This document shows positions 39,742-48,441 of a stretch of 64,000 nt of DNA, in pieces. The stretch is taken from positions 1,981,489 through 2,045,488 of the forward strand of contig CBDBEC010000002.1 of the NCBI GenBank assembly GCA_965204275.1, in the 5' to 3' direction. How positions within the stretch are numbered: position 1 is the first letter of the stretch; every line of letters starts with the position of its first letter. Made by a program: the position numbers and the translations under genes. The notes under the pieces were generated by a model, which saw only the letters and a program-made list of their open reading frames with translations, had not been told where the DNA came from and made no database searches. This stretch comes from Longimicrobiales bacterium (GTDB lineage Bacteria > Gemmatimonadota > Gemmatimonadetes > Longimicrobiales > Gaopeijiaceae).

Positions 39742-41196
39742 CTACAAGAAGCGAACGCAGAAGTCGCAAGCGCGACCGAAACGGACTTGCTCCTCCACCT
39801 TCTTGCAATGTCCGCAACCGTGCCTGCCAAAGAACCACAGCGCTGGATCAAGGGCCGCGCATGTGCCCTTGATTCCGGCTGGTCCTACGATGTCTGCCTC
39901 CGATACGGCATTCCGCCAAGTCTGCTGGATGACACGTTTGGCCTTCGGAAGCGGCAACCCGCGCGTCGCCGTCACTCCCAGACTCTCGGTCGCCCTACGC
40001 ACCTGAACATCCACTGCGACCGGGATGGTTTCGATGCGATCGATCACGGCTTGACCCGGATTCGCCATCATTCGGACCCACATCGGTCCGACCTTCGGGC
40101 CGCGTAGCATCGGAAAGCGATCGCGCCCGTCCCTGTCGCGGGACTTGAGGTCCCTGAGCAGTTCCTGGGCCTCACCGGCGCCAGCGTCAATCACCCGACT
40201 CACGGGAGACTTGAGGCGAGCGGACAGGCTCTTGCCGATCTGGTGCCACGCTTTCGAGTCGGGACCGTGCCTTCGGCTAACGCTTGCGGCCTTCAACAGC
40301 CTGCGAAGCTCGTCGACCTCAAGCCCGGCTACATGCTGCGGATCAAAGCTCTCCGGGTGGTCTTCGTAGAGGCGTCCCCCGGCGTTCCAGAGTTGGGTGG
40401 CGTCCCGCGCCCGGTCCATCGCGGCAACGAACGTGAGAAAAAGGCGCGCGGCGCGGTCGGTATCCCCAAGGAAGCGGATGTGCTTGGCGCTGCGAACGCT
40501 ATGCAGGAGAGCCGAATCGTTCCCGGTCTCGAACTCCGCCCCGGCGGCCCGCAGCCTATGCACGATCTCGACCTCGGGCATGTCGAGCCATGGATGGCTT
40601 GGAGCCATGCCGCGCGAAGCCAGGTCGAGGCCGTCTCCGTAGAAGTCGTCCGCGATCAGCTTCGCGATGCGGGCGGCATGGGGGCGAGCGGGTGAGTTGG
40701 GTTGATCCGCCTTTCCGTTGGCGTCCAACCTCTCCCGATACCAAGCCTGCTGGCGCGCGATCCCGGCGATGCCAGCGAGTGGCCGATGAACTGCGGCCCC
40801 TGCATCGCACAGTCCTTCTTCCAGCCCGTGGTCGATGTAGGTCGCGCCAGCGTGGATCTCGATCCGCTTGTCCCGCATCGGCGGCACCCGACGCTTCAAG
40901 TCAGCGAGTACGCGGGCCGACCAAGCTCGCCGGGCCTTGGCCCGGAGATCCGTCAACGCGAGTTCGTAGGCATCAATGCGCCGGTCAGGATCCAGCAACC
41001 CATGTAGCGCGCTGAGGATGTACCACGGAACGCCCAGGCACTCGGCATACGCACGCCGGTAGCGCCACAGGGGTGAGCTGTAGAGATCCTTGGCGGCGCT
41101 CCTCGCCGCACGCTTGGTCTTCACGCACCCGACCAGCACGATGTCGGGTGGCTGCCACGAGGCCATGGGCGGCTCCGGTTCTTCAGACGAGTTCAT
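39742..41196 (-). CDS. fusion protein: DUF6884-like N-terminal domain plus HhH-GPD/endonuclease III-like C-terminal domain with a Cys cluster
   Basis: N-terminus DIVLVGCVKTKRAARSAAKDLYSSPLWRYRRAYAE...PWYILSALHGLLDPDRRIDAYELAL fits recalled DUF6884. C-terminus LRGPKVGPMWVRMMA...IPVAVDVQVRRATESLGVT...ALDPALWFFGRHGCGHC...CDFC resembles HhH-GPD glycosylases with an FeS-type loop. Start at 41196 or 41166. Confidence 0.6.
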   Translation of the reverse strand: MNSSEEPEPPMASWQPPDIVLVGCVKTKRAARSAAKDLYSSPLWRYRRAYAECLGVPWYILSALHGLLDPDRRIDAYELALTDLRAKARRAWSARVLADLKRRVPPMRDKRIEIHAGATYIDHGLEEGLCDAGAAVHRPLAGIAGIARQQAWYRERLDANGKADQPNSPARPHAARIAKLIADDFYGDGLDLASRGMAPSHPWLDMPEVEIVHRLRAAGAEFETGNDSALLHSVRSAKHIRFLGDTDRAARLFLTFVAAMDRARDATQLWNAGGRLYEDHPESFDPQHVAGLEVDELRRLLKAASVSRRHGPDSKAWHQIGKSLSARLKSPVSRVIDAGAGEAQELLRDLKSRDRDGRDRFPMLRGPKVGPMWVRMMANPGQAVIDRIETIPVAVDVQVRRATESLGVTATRGLPLPKAKRVIQQTWRNAVSEADIVGPAGIKGTCAALDPALWFFGRHGCGHCKKVEEQVRFGRACDFCVRFL

Positions 41197-41456
41197 GCCG
41201 AACCAAGTAGGCTCAATGACGTGGCCCTTGCAAGGCGGTTCGCGGGCGGTGCGTTCAAATGGGGAGCAGTTCCGCCACTCTCCCGTCGCCTCGCGGTTGC
41301 CACATGCTTGCCGAACGGGGCCGCTTGGACGACGTGTTCCGGCCCGGTTCCGGGGAGGATGCCACGCGCTTCCAGACGCCTCCGGCTGGCGGAGACCGCT
41401 TCTCTCGGCGATACTTCGTTCGCGCAGATCGTGCGGTCCATCACGAGAGGAATCGA

Positions 41457-42617
41457 ATGATGGCACGCACGAAACGAAGTCGGCGCAGCTACGGCGCCGG
41501 CGAGTGGGGCCGGAACCGGGTGAGGATCTTTCCCGATCCCAAGACCGGCCTCTTTCAGATTGAGTGGCGCGAGAACGGTCGAAGGCTGAGCCGGTCGCTG
41601 AGACACCGCGACTGGGCGCGCGCGAAGAGGCAGGCGGATCAGTTCGCCGCAGGGTTCATCGACGCGCCGAACGGCAAGGCCGAAGGCAAGCCCGAGCCGC
41701 TCACGCTGGAACGGCTCTTTGACATCTACGGCAAGGAGGTGACGCCCGCGAAGGGCGCTCATACCCGGCAGCACGACCGGACCTCGATGCGGATGTTCCT
41801 CCGCTTCTTCGGACGGAACCGCGACCCGGCCACCCTCTCCCAAAGGGACTGGGACCGATTCATCCGGGAGCGCCGGGCGGGCAGGATCGGTCCGAGCGGG
41901 AGGCCCGTCGCGGACCGGACCGTCGAATACGATCTGAAGTTCCTGATCGCGGTTCTGAACTGGGCGGCGAAGTCACGCGACGAGCGGGGGCGGTTGTTGC
42001 TCGACCGAAATCCGCTCAGAGGACTCAGGACGCCGAGCGAGAAGAACCCGACCCGCGTGGTGCTCGCCGAGGAGGAATACCGAGCGCTGCTGAAGGTGTC
42101 GGGCCGGGTGGACTGGCGGTTCCACGTCGCGCTCGTGCTCGCGCACGAGACGGGCCACCGGATCGGAGCCATCCGCCAGCTACGATGGGCTGACATCGAC
42201 TTCGAGGGAGGAACCATCGTCTGGCGCGCGGAGCACGACAAGTCCGGCTACGAACACATCACGCCGGTCACCGCCGAGGCCCTCGACGTTCTGGAAGAGG
42301 CGCGGGGGAGGAATCCCGGATGCGGGGAAGCTCCAGCGCTGCCAGCGCCCCGGAATCCGTCGGCCTGCATGGGAGCCGCGTTGGCGCAGGGATGGTGGGA
42401 CAGGGCCGAGAAGCTGGCGGGGCTGGAGCCGAAGCCCGGCAGGGGCTGGCACTCGCTACGCCGCAAGTTCGCCTCCGACCTGATGGACCAGCCGTTGAAG
42501 GTGCTCTGCCAACTCGGCGGCTGGAAGACGGCCAAGACGGTGCTCCGGTGCTATCAGAGGGCCGACGAAGGACAGCTTCGGAAGGCTCTGGAAGACCGCC
42601 GCCGGGCTCGCGGCTGA
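41457..42617 (+). CDS. tyrosine-type site-specific recombinase/integrase
   Basis: GAGAGG SD. Catalytic-region motifs LAHETGHRIGAIRQLRWADID, GWHSLRRKFASDL, LGGWKTAKTVLRCYQ (R...HxxR...Y). Confidence 0.9.
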   Translation: MMARTKRSRRSYGAGEWGRNRVRIFPDPKTGLFQIEWRENGRRLSRSLRHRDWARAKRQADQFAAGFIDAPNGKAEGKPEPLTLERLFDIYGKEVTPAKGAHTRQHDRTSMRMFLRFFGRNRDPATLSQRDWDRFIRERRAGRIGPSGRPVADRTVEYDLKFLIAVLNWAAKSRDERGRLLLDRNPLRGLRTPSEKNPTRVVLAEEEYRALLKVSGRVDWRFHVALVLAHETGHRIGAIRQLRWADIDFEGGTIVWRAEHDKSGYEHITPVTAEALDVLEEARGRNPGCGEAPALPAPRNPSACMGAALAQGWWDRAEKLAGLEPKPGRGWHSLRRKFASDLMDQPLKVLCQLGGWKTAKTVLRCYQRADEGQLRKALEDRRRARG

Positions 42618-42708
42618 AATCCAGAACGGCGGGAGTCAATCAGCGGGAATCCGGGCTGTCGAACATGCAAACACCTTCACCGCAACAAGATGCGAAACTT
42701 CAACCACA

Positions 42709-42720
42709 TGCCAGCCCGGC
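42709..42720 (+). repeat. attR core TGCCAGCCCGGC
   Basis: Exact repeat of 32386-32397. Confidence 0.7.
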
Positions 42721-42765
42721 GCCTCGCCGCTCTCGGTGCTCGCGGGGCTTTATCCACGGACTCCT
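42721..42765 (+). mobile_element. MITE copy B, right 45 bp
   Basis: GCCTCGCCGCTCTCGGTGCTCGCGGGGCTTTATCCACGGACTCCT aligns with the right end of copy A, including the TIR. Confidence 0.7.
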
Positions 42766-42950
42766 ACGGGCGGCTCAGGAACTTCCGGGCCGGCATGGAG
42801 GCCGTGGTCTCGTACCTCAAGCGATGCTTCGGGCTCCGCCGGTGCAACTGGCGGGTACTCGAACACTTCCGGGCCTACGTCTGGTCGGCGGTGGTCACGC
42901 ACAATCTCTGGGTGACCCAGCCCCTACAATCATGCTCACAACATTGTTGA
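42765..42950 (+). pseudogene. ISNCY/ISKra4-like transposase, 3' part
   Basis: (TA)C GGG... reads YGRLRNFRAGMEAVVSYLKRCFGLRRCNWRVLEHFRAYVWSAVVTHNLWV. Joined to ...DMAWSPKV at 32192 through a single TA, this restores the expected contiguous motif. Confidence 0.7.
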
Positions 42951-43138
42951 ACTCTCTGGGCCTCACTCATTGGCCGCTCGCAATCATCCTGATCAGCTCC
43001 GCCTCCAGTAGACCACACCGCGACGAGCCCGGGTTGGCCGATGCGGCCCAGCCCGTATGCATCGCCGGTCGGGGCGCCCCAGCCGCGCCCGTCCCCCGGT
43101 GGTGACTACTGCCCCGAGGAGCAACGCGTAGCGTAGCG

Positions 43139-44212
43139 TCAGTCCTCGCAGGTCGGCCCCACCGCGTGCCCGATCCCAGCCAGCCAGTCCTGAAACTCCC
43201 GGTCTGCCGGGGCACAGAGCCCGTCGTTGACCTCCCAGGTGAAGGCGTAGAGCGCGCTTAGCCGGGTGAATTCGGCAGGGATCGGACCGGTGAGGCGGTT
43301 TCCCGCGAGAAGCAGCTCTTCGAGTCCCGCGGCGTTGGCGAGTTCGGGAGGCAGGGGACCTTCCAGCCGGTTGAGGTCGAGGCGCACCCATTCGAGCGTC
43401 GGGATGTCGCCGAGGACGGCCGGGATCCGGCCGCTCAACCGGTTTTCCTAGGCAAAAAGGTACCTGAGCTTCGGCAGATTGCCGAGTTCCGCCGGAATCG
43501 GGCCCGTCAGCCGGTTCCGGTTTAGGTCGAGCACCTCGAGGTTCGGCATGCCGCCCAGTTGGGCGGGGATTTCTCCTTCGACTCCGCTGTGCCAGAGGCT
43601 CAGGAAATGGAGTCTCGTGAGATTCGCCAACTCGGGCGGGATGGAACCGCTGAACTCGTTCCAATCCAGCAGGAGCTGCTCGAGGCTCTCCAGATTGCCG
43701 AGTTCCCCGGGGATCTCGCCCGTGAGCCGGTTGTGGTTGAGTTGGAGTTCCTCCAGCTTGCGCAGCTCGCCCAGCTCGGCGGGAATCGCACCGCTGAGCT
43801 CATTGCGGCCCAGCATCAGATAGCGCAGCGACCCGAGGTCCCCGAGTTCGGGAGGGACCGGGCCGGTGAGCCGGTTCCCCTCCAGGTAGAGCCCCTCAAG
43901 CTCTCCGAGGTCGCCGAGTTCGGCCGGAAGGGGCCCCGCCAGTCCGTTGTCGTCCAGCCGGAGCACCCTCACCTTCCCTTCGCCATTGACGCCTACGCCG
44001 TGCCACTCGCCGACCGGCTCCTCGGAGAGCCACTTGTCCCTGCGGGCCCATCCAGAACCTCCCGTGGCATTGTACAGGGCGACCAGCGCCTCGCGCTCGA
44101 CATCCGCGGGGGGCTTCGGCTTGACCGGATCGTCCCCGCAGGCCACGGCGACAGTGATTGCGAGTGCCGGCCCGATCCGTCGGGCCGGCGTGGATTCGAA
44201 TGTCGGTTGCAT
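43139..44212 (-). pseudogene. plant-type leucine-rich-repeat lipoprotein interrupted by an in-frame TAG (43448-43450)
   Basis: Signal and lipobox ...ITVAVACGD. N-cap REALVALYNATGGSGW. About 10 repeats of 24 residues, LxxLxxLxLxxNxLtGxIPxELG. Reads ...LRYLFA*ENRLSGRIP... in one frame. C-cap LCAPADREFQDWL. Confidence 0.6.
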
Positions 44213-44276
44213 CCTCTGATTCTCCCGTCCCCCTTCGACCCTCCAGCGAAACGAGCCGCCCCTGCCTGCTACCCGG

Positions 44277-45320
44277 TCAGGCCAACCCCTGTTCCACCCT
44301 CCTCACCACGCGCTTCACCACCTCTTCCAATGCCCCCCCCACCACCGCCGCCGCCGCCCGCACATGCCCCCCGCCCCCCAGCTCGGCCGCGATCACGTTC
44401 ACGTCCACCGGGGACACCGACCGCAGCGACACCTTGATGCGCCCGTCGGCCGTCGTGCGAAAGAGCACCGCCACCTCGACTCCTGCGATGTCGCGCGGAA
44501 CATCCACGAACCCCTCCAGGTCCTCCACCGTCGCCCCGAGGCGGTCGTAGGCGTCCTTCGGCACGATCATCCATGCCACGCGGCCGCTCTCGTGCACGGT
44601 GAGGGTGGCCAGCGCCTCGCGGAGCAACTCGAACCGGCGCGGGCGAAAGCGGCCGTAAGCCGCGCGATGGAGTTTCTCGGGCGAGGCACCCAGTTCGACC
44701 AGCCGTGCCGCCACCCGCAGGCAGGACGGGTTGGTGTTGGTGAAGCGGAAGCCGCCGGTGTCGGTCAGCAGGGCGATGTAGAGCGCGGACGCGATGGCCG
44801 CGCTCCAGGGCCCCCCGGCCCGGTCGATCAGCTCGAAGACGAGAGCCCCGGTGGCACACGCCGCCGTGTCGCGGAAGACCTCCCCCTGGATGGGGCGCCT
44901 GCCGGGCGGGTGGTGGTCGATCACGACCTTGGGCAGCCCCCGGATCAGCGACTTGACGCGCCCGATGCGTGGCGTCTCGGCGGTGTCCACGACGACCGCC
45001 AGGCCGGCCGCGCGGCAACGCAGTGACGCCTCGTCACTCCGAGCCGGAATCACCCAGTCCGGGTCCGGGAGCAGGAAGGTGCAGCTGTCGGGAAACGGAG
45101 TCGGATTCACGATCCAGGCCTCGGTCCCCCGTGCCCGCAGGAAGGCGGCGAGGGCCACCTCCGAGCCCGCCCCGTCCCCATCCGCGTTGGCGTGCGTCGT
45201 GATCACAACCGACCCGGCCCGGCCCAGCATCTCGAGGATGCGGTCCAGCCGGCCGCCTCGATCCACGACGGCACCATCCACACCGTCCCCGCCCCGCTCC
45301 CCCACCGTCACGATCCCCAC
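44277..45320 (-). CDS. nrnA: bifunctional oligoribonuclease/PAP phosphatase NrnA (DHH/DHHA1)
   Basis: DHH-family motifs ITTHANADGDGAGS and VVIDHH. DHHA1 GGGGHVRAAA. Confidence 0.85.
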   Translation of the reverse strand: MGIVTVGERGGDGVDGAVVDRGGRLDRILEMLGRAGSVVITTHANADGDGAGSEVALAAFLRARGTEAWIVNPTPFPDSCTFLLPDPDWVIPARSDEASLRCRAAGLAVVVDTAETPRIGRVKSLIRGLPKVVIDHHPPGRRPIQGEVFRDTAACATGALVFELIDRAGGPWSAAIASALYIALLTDTGGFRFTNTNPSCLRVAARLVELGASPEKLHRAAYGRFRPRRFELLREALATLTVHESGRVAWMIVPKDAYDRLGATVEDLEGFVDVPRDIAGVEVAVLFRTTADGRIKVSLRSVSPVDVNVIAAELGGGGHVRAAAAVVGGALEEVVKRVVRRVEQGLA

Positions 45321-45910
45321 CCCTCCAGCGCCTTCAGCACCCCGGCGGCCCGCTTCGCCAACTCCGCGCGCGTCCCCCGGTTGTCCACCACGAAATCGGC
45401 CCGCCGGCGCTTCCCCTCCGCGGGCAGCTGGGCCTCCATGACCGCCGCGGCCTCCTCATCGCCGAGCCCCCTCGTCTCGACGATCCGCCGCCGGCGCACT
45501 TCCGCCGGCGCGTCCACCACCACCACCACGTCCACCTCGTCGTGCATCCCCGTCTCGAAGAGCAGGGGGATCTCCCACACGACGAGCTCCGCGCCGTTCT
45601 CTCGCCGCCGCCAGGTCCATGCGTCCCGCAGGCGCCTCACCCCGGGGTGGACGACGGCCTCCAGGCGGCGCCTCGCCCCCTCGTCCCCGAAGACTACCCG
45701 CCGTACGGCCGCCCGGTCGAGCGTTCCGTCGGCCCCTATCACCTCCGGCCCGAAGAGCTCCGCGACCCGGGCCAGCGTCGGCGTGCCGGGTGCCGTCACC
45801 TCGCGGGCGAGCTCGTCCGCCGAAAGCACCGGTACCCCGGCCCTTCGCCACAGCTCGGCAACCGCCGACTTCCCCGCCGCCACGTTGCCCGTCAGGCCGA
45901 CCACCAGCAT
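45308..45910 (-). CDS. coaE: dephospho-CoA kinase
   Basis: MLVVGLTGNVAAGKSAV P-loop. 200 aa. 13-nt overlap with nrnA. Confidence 0.9.
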   Translation of the reverse strand: MLVVGLTGNVAAGKSAVAELWRRAGVPVLSADELAREVTAPGTPTLARVAELFGPEVIGADGTLDRAAVRRVVFGDEGARRRLEAVVHPGVRRLRDAWTWRRRENGAELVVWEIPLLFETGMHDEVDVVVVVDAPAEVRRRRIVETRGLGDEEAAAVMEAQLPAEGKRRRADFVVDNRGTRAELAKRAAGVLKALEGWGS

Positions 45911-45911
45911 C

Positions 45912-46736
45912 TCACCCCCCGACCCCGAAGATCCACGCCACCCCGAAGGCCACCGTCGTGTTGAAGATGAGGTTGCCGCAGAGCACCGCCGCCATGACCG
46001 CGGGCAGGGGATACCGCATGTACGCCATCGGTATTACCAGCAGCTCGTTCGGCAGCGGCACGAAGCCCGCGTAGAGGAAGAGCAGGCCCAGCGGCAGGAA
46101 CCGGTGGCGGGCGTGCAGCGCCTCGGCACGGGCCCGGAAACCGGCCAGACGGTGGTGACCCAGGTCCCGGGTCGCGTTGCCGACCAGGTAGCCCAAAAGG
46201 TCGCCGCCGGTCATTCCCAGCGCGATCGTGGCCAGGGTCGGCACCGGCTCGAACCCCGACTCGATGAAGAAGGGGTAGAACACGGCGACCGGAACCGGCC
46301 ACACAACGTTGAAGCCGCTCACCACCGAAGCCAGCAGCAACCCCGGGTACCCCGCGGCCGCCGCCCCGGCCCTCGCCGCCTCCATGTCCCCGGCCCGCAG
46401 GTTCACCCACACCATGAAGCCCACCAGGGCAACGATCACGATCAGCTTGACCACGGCCGGCACCCGCCCGCGCGGCCGCATCCGGCGCCGCATCTCAGCC
46501 GACCAGGTCACGAAGCGTTCGATCTCGTCGGCGGGGGGCACCGCGTCGGGTTCGCCGTAGGCGGTCTCCAGCCGCCACCGCAGGTACCCCCGCGACGGCA
46601 GGGGCAGGAACGGGGGCCGACGGTACCACCCCCTCGGCCGGAAGGCCCAGGCCGCCGACAGCAGCGCGGGCCAGAGCCGGGGGCGGCGGAGCGCCAGGCG
46701 GAGGAAGGGACGGAAGATACCGCGAGGATTCGTCAT
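45912..46736 (-). CDS. hypothetical polytopic membrane protein
   Basis: Several hydrophobic segments. Its stop lies 1 nt from the coaE start. Start set at MTNPRGIF.... No family assigned with confidence. Confidence 0.6.
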   Translation of the reverse strand: MTNPRGIFRPFLRLALRRPRLWPALLSAAWAFRPRGWYRRPPFLPLPSRGYLRWRLETAYGEPDAVPPADEIERFVTWSAEMRRRMRPRGRVPAVVKLIVIVALVGFMVWVNLRAGDMEAARAGAAAAGYPGLLLASVVSGFNVVWPVPVAVFYPFFIESGFEPVPTLATIALGMTGGDLLGYLVGNATRDLGHHRLAGFRARAEALHARHRFLPLGLLFLYAGFVPLPNELLVIPMAYMRYPLPAVMAAVLCGNLIFNTTVAFGVAWIFGVGG

Positions 46737-47029
46737 ATCAGTCAAGTTACTCGACTTCGCCGGGATGGTCGCGGGTGGCAGGCCGGCCGGCACGGCGGCG
46801 GGGACCCTCCCGGACCTTCCCCAGAAGGGGGAGAAGCACGGTCCCCGCTTCCGATTCACGCTTTGTGAAGGCTCTCACTTCACAATCTGCGGAAGTCCAG
46901 CGCACAACCCGGGGTATCGCGCGAAACTACGATCCGGCGTCAGCGGCCGCCGGGCGCACAGGCCCCTGGGCCGAAAGCGGGTGGCTGATCGGCTTCCACC
47001 GGCCAGCCGTGCATGCATTCCGAACCAGC

Positions 47030-47617
47030 ACTACCCAAGGTCGTCGCCGAACGCCTTCTCCCTGATCTCACGAGTCAGAGCGTCCAGGAGAGCACCCCGG
47101 AGTTCCACCCCCCACTCCGGAGGCGGAATCGCCACCATTTCGGCCAGTGCGGGCACCGTTCGATCCGGCCCGCCACTACGCAAGTCCGCGACGGTTTCCT
47201 GCTGCGATCGCGTCGCGCCTCCGGCCCACATATCCCCCCTTCCTCCGAGGCCCGACAGTTGCGACCGTCTCGAAGAGCAGCGGAATCTCCAACACAACGA
47301 ACTCCCGTGCCCGCATCGCACTGCCGCCCGGTGCATTCGTCCCGCAGGCGTTTCACTCCGGGATGGTCGATTGCTTCCAGACCGCGACGGACTCTCCCGT
47401 CGCAGACGATCCTGCGCGCGGAGGCACGGTCGAGCGTTCCATCGCCCTGGATCACCCCGGTCCGAAGAGTTCCGCTACGCGGGCCAGCGTCACGGTGCCG
47501 GGCCCCACCACCGTTCGGGGGAGCTCGTCCGCTGACAGCACCGGCACCCCGGCCAGCCGCCAGAATTCGGCAACCGCGACTTCCCCGCCGCCACCTTGCC
47601 GGTCAGCCCACGATCAT
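47030..47617 (-). pseudogene. decayed paralog of coaE
   Basis: ATGATCGTGGGCTGA... gives MIVG*. With a 1-nt repair it reads MIVGLTGKVAAGKS..., versus functional MLVVGLTGNVAAGKS. Further on, ...GDGTLDRASARRIV...HPGVKRLRDE matches ...ADGTLDRAAVRRVV...HPGVRRLRDA. Multiple frame breaks. Confidence 0.6.
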
Positions 47618-47618
47618 C

Positions 47619-47942
47619 TCATCCAACGGCCCGCAGGACCCACGACACCCCGAGGGCACCATCGCGCTGAAAGTCACATTGCCGAAGAGCACCGCCGCCA
47701 TGACCCGCGGGCAGCTGATTTCCCATGAACGCCATCGGTATCACAAGCAGTGCGTTCGGCAGCGGCACGAACCTGTACTCCCGCGACGGCACCGGCAGGA
47801 ATGGTGGCCTGCGGCACCACCCCCTCGGCCGGAAGGTCCGGGTCTCCGAAAGAAGAGGGGGCCAGAGCCGGGAACGGCGGAGCGCCAGGTGGAGTAAGGG
47901 GCGGAGCACGGCGGTCAGCGACGATTCCTGGCCGGGAAACAC
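47619..47942 (-). pseudogene. decayed, internally deleted paralog of the 45912-46736 membrane-protein gene
   Basis: ...LRPLLHLALRRSRLWPPLLSETRTFRPRGWCRRPPFLPVPSR and ...FVPLPNALLVIPMAFM match IFRPFLRLALRRPRLWPALLSAAWAFRPRGWYRRPPFLPLPSR and FVPLPNELLVIPMAYM. The middle ~500 bp is missing. The same CATCTCA start/stop junction as in the functional pair is present. Confidence 0.6.
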
Positions 47943-47966
47943 CGTGCAAACAGCGCCGCCACCCGT

Positions 47967-48353
47967 TTACCTTCCGTCAGCAGCCTGAACTCGCGACCCC
48001 GCGCACGCCGCGAGAGCGTGCCGCGGTTCTCGTCGAGAAAACCGGATCAGAAGGCCGATGGTCGCATTTGGCATGTCGGCAACCTCCTCCTGAACCAACC
48101 TGGGGAATTCGTCGTACCCTTCGAGATATGCGACTTCGAGGGACAGGTCCCGGGTCACCGTCTGCTCGACGCAGCGATAGAGGAATTCGGCGTGCCGTGT
48201 GGCAGCCACACCGAATGACGCCCTGCTGTCCGAGACAAGGAGAAACGCCGCCGCCCTCCGCACGATGTCGGGATGGGCCCGGTCGATGATCTCCCGGGCC
48301 CTTTCGCCGAGCTTCATGGATTCCGTGAACTGAATCACCAGGTGTGTCCACAT
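47967..48353 (-). pseudogene. possible Fic-family C-terminal remnant with a frameshift (weak)
   Basis: ...AEFLYRCVEQTVTRDLSLEVAYLEGYDEFPRLVQEEVADMPNATIGLLIRF, then after a 1-nt slip LDENRGTLSRRARGREFRLLTEG. This resembles the C-terminal region I recall from some Fic proteins. No HPFxxGNGR core is present. Confidence 0.3.
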
Positions 48354-48441
48354 CCGCCGCTCCCCCTCCCCCCACCATCCCACGCCACCTATCTTCTCTC
48401 ACCCCACAGCCCCCACTCCAGTCCCCCTCCCCCCCCACCCC

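Larger units (their letters stand above)
39241..39924. repeat. perfect tandem duplication, 2 x 342 bp (39241-39582, 39583-39924), CTGG microhomology at the junctions
   Basis: The two units read identically, and ORF translations 39291-39509 and 39633-39851 are identical. Each unit holds the last 60 codons of the 39742-41196 gene plus 159 bp of downstream sequence. Confidence 0.9.

Noticed and set aside
39241-39924. Diversity-generating retroelement (template/variable repeat) interpretation of the 342-bp repeats
   Set aside because: The copies are identical, with no adenine-specific differences. They are strictly tandem, and no reverse transcriptase gene is present in the window.
38573-40006. 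477-aa plus-strand ORF spanning the ORF-poor region and the tandem repeat
   Set aside because: The composition is Arg/Pro/Ser-rich. It runs antisense to the glycosylase-like gene's 3' end, and its length is inflated by the duplicated unit. It is not credible as a gene.
46863-46885. CRP-like site TGTGA...TCACA (TTGTGAAG-N7-CTTCACAA) upstream of the membrane-protein gene
   Set aside because: The inverted repeat is real, but the TGTGA/TCACA half-sites are 11 nt apart rather than the canonical 6. It is therefore not a CRP-type site, and its function is unknown.
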